Assembly: GCA_944376825.1 (NCBI GenBank)
Contig: CALWDY010000021.1
Span: 1-54,015 of the forward strand
Direction of reading: 5' to 3'
Source: an uncultured Clostridia bacterium
GTDB taxonomy: Bacteria > Bacillota > Clostridia > Christensenellales > UBA1242
DNA length: 54,015 nucleotides
In this document: positions 48,801 to 54,015 of the stretch, in pieces
Position numbering within the stretch: position 1 is the first letter of the stretch
How the letters are laid out: each line of letters starts with the position of its first letter
Translations under genes and position numbers: made by a program
Notes under the pieces: generated by a model
The model's database searches: none
The model's input: only the letters and a program-made list of their open reading frames with translations
What the model was told of the DNA's origin: nothing

Positions 48801-51800
48801 CAAAAATCAATATGAAATTTGCAAGCAAAACAAGCACCGCCGAATTTAGTTATGAAGATTATGCATTAAAATATTGTTTTGTAACGGATAAATTAAAACA
48901 AGACATTGCAAATAATATTTTAATACCAGCCGAGCAAAAAGAAATGATTTTGGCGCTTTTGGAAACCTATCAGTATAATGGCTGGCCTACACTTAATAAT
49001 GGATACTTAGAAATGGGCGCTGATTTGCCTGCTGGTGCATATAATTTAACATTAAGACAAAAGGGTGATAGTGTAAAATATTTAACATCTAATTATGGTA
49101 GCAATATAGAAGTTTATGTTCCATATGCTCCTCAAATTTCAATTGTATACTCAAACAATGCCTATGTTCTTTCATGGAACTCAATCAACATTCCTGCATC
49201 TTACAATATGCAAACTCCAACTTATGCAATTTTTGCAGACCAAAATGTTGAAGAAGAAGGAAAAATTGTTTCAAAAAGAGTTGAAATTGGCAGAACAACA
49301 TGCACAAGTTTCAACATTACCAATTTGGTTGAAAGTGGCACAATAAATTCTTCATTTACAGCGATATATGTTTATGTTGCTGGAAATGATGACAAAGTGT
49401 TAAATGGAAAAATCTCAAACAAAATAACATTAACCATTTTAGACCCAACAACAGCAAGAGTGAGAGATGGTGTAATTTATTGGAATGCACAAGAAAGTGC
49501 AAGTGCTTATCAAGTAACATACACTGAAAACAATGGCAACGTTGTGGGTGAAACAAAAACACTTTCATTAAAAGATGCAACTTGGGATTGTGCAGAACTT
49601 CAAAGTTACAACAAAATAGAAGAGTACTCGATAAAAATTCAAGCAATTGGGTTAAAAGTTGCAACAACAACTCATGCAATAATTTCGGGACCAAACAGCA
49701 GTGTTGGAAAGGTGTCAAAACTTCCAACGCCAATTAGCACAGTTGAAGATGGAAGAATTAGATGGTTAAGTGAAGAAAACAGTTCTTCATATAAAGTAAT
49801 TGTTAATAAAGATGACAATTTGTTAAATACTGTATCAATAATAAATCAACCAGACTTAGATAATTATATTTGGTTTGAATCAACCTTTACAGAGGAAAAC
49901 CTATTATACAAATTCCAAGCAGTGGGAAGTCTTGATATAGACTTGTCAACAGGAGAAAAAGCATTTGTAAACTCTAATAAAGGAAGCGATATTTATGGAA
50001 CAACAATAAGCAAAGTTTCAAATGTTGTTGCAAGAAAAGGTGTTTTATATTGGGATATTGCAAAAAATAATAATATTAACATAAGTTATTATAAACTTAC
50101 ATTTAATCAAGTGGATAATGATGGCAACCCTATAAATGAAGACTTTGTGATTATAAACAATAACTTCACAAATGCAGATGGAACATGCTCTTATAATTGT
50201 GCTGACCTTGCAAGTGGAAGATATAGAGTTACAATTCAAGCCTTCTTCAAGTCTAGTGATAATCTTGGAACATATATTTATAATGGAGAAACGGCATACT
50301 ATTTGATGAGTATCAAGTCGGATAGTTATGAATTCCAAAAATATAGTGATGTTCAAGGCGAAGATGAAAGTGGTGTCGTTTACAATATTGTACTAAAAGA
50401 TGGTGAGTTTACTTGGAAATATGTTGGAAATTTAGAAGAAGAAAACTATCAATATGAGTTGAAATTTAAAATTAATGAAGATGTAACAAGAGAACTTGTT
50501 GTAATAACAGAAGAAAACAGTTACTTCTCATATGTAACAAACAAACTTATAAATGAAAATCCTTTTGAACTTCAAATAAGAGTTATTCCAAAAGACGGTG
50601 TAGAAGGTTTTGTAAACTCAAACTATGTTACTTTTGTAAACCCAAATAATAAAAATCTGCCAAACATCTATCAATTAAATGGTATTAGCGCAGACGATAT
50701 TGTTCTTAGAGATTTAAGAGAAGAAGATATAGAAAATATACAAGATGTTCCAAGCAGTGATTTACATATAATTTGGAACAAATACTCCGTTTCAACGGGT
50801 GATACTAATATAGATTTGCAAGTTAAATATAAGGTTAATTTCTGGACAAGTGAAGATGAAACAGTAAAATCTATAATTGTTGATACAATGTATATAAATA
50901 CTCTTGAATTCCAATCTACAATAAGCGATGAGTATACTCTTTACTATACAATTCAAGTTTTGCCACTTGGAAATCAAAGTTATATACCTTCTTGCATTTC
51001 AGATGTTAGAGAAATTCAAAAACCACAATCGGTTCAAAGTGTTGGATTTAACAGCGAAGAAAAATATTTTTACTGGTCAACAGAAGGCACATCCAACGAC
51101 CATTCATATAAAATTAAAGATGAAATAATTGAGACTAACGATCTTGGAGAAATTGTATATGTTGATGGCGAGCCAAATGTGCTTAGAACATACATTTACA
51201 CAACACAAAACAACCTTACAAATAGATACACGCCAACAGAACAAGGAATGCATAAAGTTTCGGTTGCGGTTGTTGTAAAAAATAGCGACAATGATGGAAG
51301 TTTAACATCTGATTACACATATTATTACGATGAAGTTTTAGAGCCAGAAAATAAAGACAAAGGAACAGCTGTTTTGGTTGACTTGTTTAAAATTACCCAA
51401 GAAGGCTCAAACGGAACGGTGGAAAAACCATATTTAATAGAAACGAAAGAACAGTTTAACAACATTAAATATAGACTACAAAAAGATGAATACTTAAATA
51501 GTTACACTTTAATGGAAAATGGAGTGGAGCAAACAGTAACATTAAGTGAAGAAAACAAACAATTTAACTTTAAGCAAATTGCTTCAATCTATAATGTCTC
51601 TCCATTGGGTCAAGGAACAAACTTTGAATTTGTTGGCAATTATGATGGAAACAAAAAAACATTAAGTTGGGACTATGACTTAACAAATATAACTGCATAT
51701 CAATCAATACAATATGTTGCATTGTTCTCGCAAATAGAAAGTGGCGCAAAAGTGCAAAATTTAAAAGTAGTTGCAAACCTAACGGGACAACTTAAAGTTG

Positions 51801-52684
51801 GTGCAACAATATCACTGCTTTGCTACAAAAACTTGGGAACAATTCAAAATGTGGTCTTGGGTTCACAAGGGCAAAGCATAGATTTAACATCAAACAAAGA
51901 CATGTTTGTTTATGGAATTGCATATCAAAACTTAGGAACAATTCAAAATGTGGTAAACTACTATGATGTTTCACTTAAAAACAGCACAGACGTTCTTGGA
52001 ATAAAAGCAAGTTTTGCTTCTATTGCAGGGGAAAACGAAGGTCTTGTTCTTAAATGTGGACACTATGGAAACATTACTCTTCAAACAACAATTTCAACAA
52101 GCGGTGGAATTGTTGGAACAAACAGAGCAAACGGAACAGTTGAAGCATGCGTGCTTAAAAATCAAACAACAACACTTAGCATAAACAAACAAGCACAACA
52201 AGGTTCAACGCAAGGTGCAGTAAACTTCTATTTTGGAGGAATTATTGGTCAAAACGACGGAACAGTAAATTATTGTTACACCTACACAAATTCAGTAATA
52301 TATAGAAGTGCTCCTGTTGGCTCTATTAATAAAGTTTATATTGCAGGTCTTGTTGGACTTTCAAATAATGGCAACATAAAAGGTTCTTATGTTTATAATG
52401 TGGTAAATGCTTCAAGTGCCCAATCAATACAAATAGGCAATGTATATTTGTTTGCATATATTACATGGTCGTCAGGTGGCGTTGATACAAGATGTTTCTA
52501 TAATGAAGGGCAATCTCATGCTCCAATTGGAGGAGTTGGTGTTGATAAATTTAGCATAACATCATATTCAAAAGTTCCTCTTGGAGATAGGTTAAATGGA
52601 ACAGAAAGCACATACTACTTAAACAACGAAAACGAGTTCCCAAAATTTGAATGGGAAAACGAAGTTGGTAGTTGGGTAGAGTGA
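42875..52684 (+). CDS. Giant (3269 aa) surface lipoprotein: Ig-like domain, many FN3-like repeats, C-terminal GLUG-like region
   Basis: Lipobox LSAC; recurring KL..P.nL...l.W units; GTVEKPYLI, FVGNYDGN, GGIVG.N and GGIIGQN motifs. Confidence 0.85.
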   Translation: MKKIAIYILLMFCAFSVSVLSACNQDDSRISFNVDYIEMNIGDELDVYSKLNVKGVAIQDVTLKSLDSSVISLIDGKATAVGQGTTFVQASYDLKIANLEIKVNGEAIECEAPMGLMYDTQNGFVTWNHVLVKIGNEIQQVNSYTVEIKSQNTVKEEIVIGDNKYQLKDSGVYEIRVKCNSFTSNGTTLYQGSEYSQSLVLTKLEKPYNLKYNDETKTLSWEASDDIATFVVNINGVLSQPTTKKEMVVDLTTVNISKQETFEVSVISQTSNKDGNDIVASSESDKKVWTRLYAPQLNIANGVITWDNTQQGDFHYEIIRTDINNVVSKEVVSGGVYSLDGISAGTYNTIQLKAVSDSENYLSSENLSVLSDVIKLEKATLSFNPINRTFVVENYEGKNIELEITYKNSIEKISLQNGTYLFDKTGVGAYSVKAYVYAQDSKEINADASNTINLLKLSQIDSSSINQSVNENKYFVTFGEVENADTYSLSYFKDGLENTLVKQADGSYGDVDTIFNNIGTYQITITASSSKMTAVDTFILPSKTTISVVRQENVSLSLNEENGPKSISWNTISTANGYSYYILKNGELFEENTISSSLISVENFEFGKYEFFVKAVGSFNSGVLYLDSLNYAKVDFEIELLLDTPTVNFDVETKILTITKVNYANNYEITINLKTLSFDNSQDIITIDLTQKLQQPGDYVVEVKAVNADNDLIFDSNTNSITITKLSSPQQFNLSMDGVITILDYPNGQMLDENRATLLINDEITETLDDGLNFVLKAKFNATKQKVNNHYYLDSEWCQFNIQRLIAPTAPVLNETVISWQQTTQKNFVYLLTITQGETVKQIQLNENQIDVFDERISPINTKQDFSVKLCYLYVGANINLQDKIDIYFTSQYSEETTIHKIESDAVLSVVEEDEKVLANWTQSSISDVSYELLLNDEIIYSGNETSKDITEYVVDAGKYTLKLKISKQGFLTSEYVEVYVERLASATSIKIDEDENIIVETNYNTEDLPDSVAQLDHITISKDQDQNITNLSSYFGNFEISVGLVAKKYTEGKYYFLSSAISTFEFSRIQTLTDPAINNNIISWDDIAQTSNYKLKFSNGEQDLYYLCSGVNYISAQDENIKQIIDTLNSGTLTVSVSARVGEISALIGQENLLSSYYSNTVQIIKLNPVSNIILQSEEKNQQEIKISWDYDFQGVSVGQFVIEIYKNDEYLETIYAFGTSKHVMSAGMTYEGTYYVKIYAEGTSNCINSDTVASATYKRLAKPQNLTITQDALLSFTGAAGAVKYGVSYYANDLVKGELETLSTSINLKEYLFASAFSGQITINVYSIGGNGQDEGKTFSSQQSDNYVVTKPVEANITLSTNKLVAGQTKIDEVDDKSKYVITISTDNRIVKELELNYGEEYIFEDWYYKDTNEKVPTNVEKVYSIKVERKLEEENCIKSDSTLKIVTKLAEVNNVGFIRKTDSADSTIYLRGDVVANASKYVLNFLGTDFQTNEFNVSGQYAELALLENIYSQIPQNFTMTVYAQGLIGGRVDYIDSSKASVSGKKLSAVTNFKTVNGVLCWDKVDEAYDYAIDVNNTEILTGYVLNSKHTLSENLNGKQGELVLNIKAVGNVKTSLVKQDIVLDSLFITNEDGTRKDYSCKKLAIPQNLKVVMGYIAFTKVEGADGYQVVYGTNNFNLDELYSEQTDYSIFYAQEMYNMFKENQKYSISVMATSTEEDVIYSDKTQDLSIKILSNNCAGTLNIVLKQTSTNPVKYDYTISQLIWTADSNAVNGYNVNFNGEIFNTKNTEFVLDGDGNLEAGKHQIKLSVAGSSEIDADGSYLLNSKYSETLYFTKLSSPNLKVENGELVWDKIDGATGYLLYLGDELQNSGLPIETNTYYLDLSNTSNTTYSSYKVRAISTSSQYIASSVGTYKDAEGNNLEVVKLHSPDAFMIKEGAFRWELNDIWSLLPLVTKGIIENPVTATTQTLATTKINMKFASKTSTAEFSYEDYALKYCFVTDKLKQDIANNILIPAEQKEMILALLETYQYNGWPTLNNGYLEMGADLPAGAYNLTLRQKGDSVKYLTSNYGSNIEVYVPYAPQISIVYSNNAYVLSWNSINIPASYNMQTPTYAIFADQNVEEEGKIVSKRVEIGRTTCTSFNITNLVESGTINSSFTAIYVYVAGNDDKVLNGKISNKITLTILDPTTARVRDGVIYWNAQESASAYQVTYTENNGNVVGETKTLSLKDATWDCAELQSYNKIEEYSIKIQAIGLKVATTTHAIISGPNSSVGKVSKLPTPISTVEDGRIRWLSEENSSSYKVIVNKDDNLLNTVSIINQPDLDNYIWFESTFTEENLLYKFQAVGSLDIDLSTGEKAFVNSNKGSDIYGTTISKVSNVVARKGVLYWDIAKNNNINISYYKLTFNQVDNDGNPINEDFVIINNNFTNADGTCSYNCADLASGRYRVTIQAFFKSSDNLGTYIYNGETAYYLMSIKSDSYEFQKYSDVQGEDESGVVYNIVLKDGEFTWKYVGNLEEENYQYELKFKINEDVTRELVVITEENSYFSYVTNKLINENPFELQIRVIPKDGVEGFVNSNYVTFVNPNNKNLPNIYQLNGISADDIVLRDLREEDIENIQDVPSSDLHIIWNKYSVSTGDTNIDLQVKYKVNFWTSEDETVKSIIVDTMYINTLEFQSTISDEYTLYYTIQVLPLGNQSYIPSCISDVREIQKPQSVQSVGFNSEEKYFYWSTEGTSNDHSYKIKDEIIETNDLGEIVYVDGEPNVLRTYIYTTQNNLTNRYTPTEQGMHKVSVAVVVKNSDNDGSLTSDYTYYYDEVLEPENKDKGTAVLVDLFKITQEGSNGTVEKPYLIETKEQFNNIKYRLQKDEYLNSYTLMENGVEQTVTLSEENKQFNFKQIASIYNVSPLGQGTNFEFVGNYDGNKKTLSWDYDLTNITAYQSIQYVALFSQIESGAKVQNLKVVANLTGQLKVGATISLLCYKNLGTIQNVVLGSQGQSIDLTSNKDMFVYGIAYQNLGTIQNVVNYYDVSLKNSTDVLGIKASFASIAGENEGLVLKCGHYGNITLQTTISTSGGIVGTNRANGTVEACVLKNQTTTLSINKQAQQGSTQGAVNFYFGGIIGQNDGTVNYCYTYTNSVIYRSAPVGSINKVYIAGLVGLSNNGNIKGSYVYNVVNASSAQSIQIGNVYLFAYITWSSGGVDTRCFYNEGQSHAPIGGVGVDKFSITSYSKVPLGDRLNGTESTYYLNNENEFPKFEWENEVGSWVE

Positions 52685-52715
52685 TATTTGGTTTTGTTTT
52701 ATCAAATTCAATCAC

Positions 52716-52750
52716 AAAAAAATTAGGTCGGTTTTGACCTAATTTTTTTT
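52716..52750 (+). terminator. Rho-independent terminator
   Basis: AAAAAATTAGGTC...GACCTAATTTTTT. Confidence 0.85.
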
Positions 52751-52850
52751 AGATTAACAAAAAACTTTGCAAATAAAATATTTAGATTTTTAAAATCATG
52801 TAAAAACTTTTAAAGTCATATAAAACAAATTGTTTGCATTATATATTTGT

Positions 52851-53540
52851 ATGAGATATCCCTTTTTAACTATAAAAAATTTTAAAAAAGTTTTACTTAT
52901 AATTGGCATTATGATTGGCTTGTGTACTGCACTTATGTCAGGTGCGATTGTGTATTCACAATCAAAAACATACACATATAGTGTTGTAATTGATGCTGGG
53001 CATGGTGGAATAGACGGTGGAAGTGAGGGCTTTAATGGTACAAAAGAAAGCGAAATCAATTTGGTATACGCAAAAACTTTGGAACAATACTTTAAAGATT
53101 TTGGTTTTAAAACAACTATGACAAGAATAAATGAAAATGGGTTATATAGCCCTTTTGCATCAAACAAGAAAAAAGATGACATGCAAAAACGAAAAGAGTT
53201 GATTGAAAGCGTAAAGCCAGACATGGTGATTAGTATACATATGAATAGTTTTGCTCTTTCTTCAAGTCGTGGAGCACAAGTTTTTTATAATGAAGATAAT
53301 GAAAATTCAAAATTGCTAGCCGACCAAATACAAAAACAATTTGTGCAAAATTTGGTTGAACCAAGACAAAATTCTCAAAAGGGCGATTATTACATTTTAA
53401 ATTGCACTTCTATTCCTAGTGTAATTGTTGAATGTGGATTTATATCCAATCAAGAAGAAGAATTGTTATTAAACACAAAAGAATATCGTGAAAAGTTGTG
53501 TTACAGTATTTTGTGTGGAGTTGTGAGTTATTTAATGTAA
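52851..53540 (+). CDS. N-acetylmuramoyl-L-alanine amidase (Amidase_3, CwlD-like)
   Basis: N-terminal TM, VIDAGHGGIDGG, ESEINL, SIHMN, RGAQVFY, VECGFISN. Confidence 0.9.
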   Translation: MRYPFLTIKNFKKVLLIIGIMIGLCTALMSGAIVYSQSKTYTYSVVIDAGHGGIDGGSEGFNGTKESEINLVYAKTLEQYFKDFGFKTTMTRINENGLYSPFASNKKKDDMQKRKELIESVKPDMVISIHMNSFALSSSRGAQVFYNEDNENSKLLADQIQKQFVQNLVEPRQNSQKGDYYILNCTSIPSVIVECGFISNQEEELLLNTKEYREKLCYSILCGVVSYLM

Positions 53541-53590
53541 ACCGATTTGTTGGTTTTTGTTGTAAAATAAAAAGTGTCATAAAAAAGTAT

Positions 53591-53680
53591 AGGGCACGAA
53601 AGTGCAAACAATGTTTGCAGTTTGCACTATAAAGCAAACCAACCCGTTTGGCAATTGCCAAACGGGTTCTTTCGTGCCCT
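53591..53680. repeat. Four-way-junction palindromic element, copy 2
   Basis: AGGGCACGAAAG/CTTTCGTGCCCT outer stem with three inner hairpins; compensatory changes relative to copy 1. Confidence 0.9.
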
Positions 53681-53877
53681 TTATACTCAACATAATTTTT
53701 TGTATGCATTTTGTTGTGCTCGGGCAAACACAATTTTTCTTTTACCAAACCCAACAACACAAACATTGAAATAATCCTAGCACAGCAAATACAAGCAATT
53801 TTAATCAATTATCCACAACAATAAAGCATTTAAAAACCTCCAAAAACAAAAAAAATTTAGCAAACATACAAAATTGC

Positions 53878-53909
53878 TTGACACGGGGGGGGGGGGGGTA
53901 TCCTATTAT
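53878..53909 (+). promoter_or_regulatory. Putative phase-variable promoter with G14 tract in the spacer
   Basis: TTGACA(53878..53883)-C-G14(53885..53898)-TATCCT, with TATTAT overlapping at 53904. Confidence 0.75.
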
Positions 53910-53956
53910 TAGTTATACAATATATACATTTTTATATGGCAAGTTGTTCACAATAT

Positions 53957-54015
53957 ATGTATAAAAAATAAAAGGAGAAGAGATGAGAAAAAAGAGCAAA
54001 CTTTTTTTAAGCATG
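53957..54015 (+). repeat. 59-bp exact terminal direct repeat (copy 2)
   Basis: Identical to 1..59. Confidence 0.97.
53983..54015 (+). CDS. Partial CDS (MRKKSKLFLSM...), paralogue of or same gene as 27..1541
   Basis: Same RBS and first 11 codons; runs off the window end. Confidence 0.8.
   Translation, partial: MRKKSKLFLSM

Noticed and set aside
154-53808. Numerous 60-160 aa antisense or nested ORFs in the track (e.g. 1549..1743, 24356..24739, 38765..39206, 53440..53808)
   Set aside because: They overlap well-supported genes or structured repeats and lack RBS or motifs; shadow ORFs
1-54015. Circular plasmid or prophage
   Set aside because: No replication initiator, integrase or virion genes; content is core chromosomal
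1-54015. Complete DGR cassette in the window
   Set aside because: No reverse transcriptase or Avd ORF, and I found no second copy of the 1389..1541 region

Overview
This is a very AT-rich chromosomal segment from a probable spore-forming Clostridia-like bacterium. It carries housekeeping genes (glmS, radC, two degV, HU, dnaX-ybaB-recR, mscS, nrdDG, addBA, pdp, an RluA-family synthase, a CwlD-like amidase) interspersed with accessory and surface-protein genes. I found no rRNA, tRNA, CRISPR array, transposase, integrase or reverse transcriptase. Main points of interest: (1) Both ends share an exact 59-bp repeat covering the RBS and first codons of a secreted DUF6273/C-type-lectin-like protein. 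The complete copy has a 3' end resembling a DGR variable region. The other copy sits behind a promoter with a G14 tract in its -35/-10 spacer. Both loci lie next to a covarying ~85-bp four-way-junction palindromic element. Together this suggests a phase-variable, possibly DGR-diversified surface-protein family. (2) dnaX is split at an A10 run, so the long tau form needs slippage or a -1 frameshift. (3) An operon pairs an active metallophosphoesterase with a catalytically dead paralogue and a Zn-ribbon protein. (4) An XRE regulator is coupled to a truncated, hydrolase-only RelA/SpoT homologue. (5) A membrane-anchored coiled-coil protein carries six AT-hooks. (6) There is a 3269-aa lipoprotein. 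(7) Many genes appear leaderless. All assignments come from reading motifs by eye; no database searches were run.
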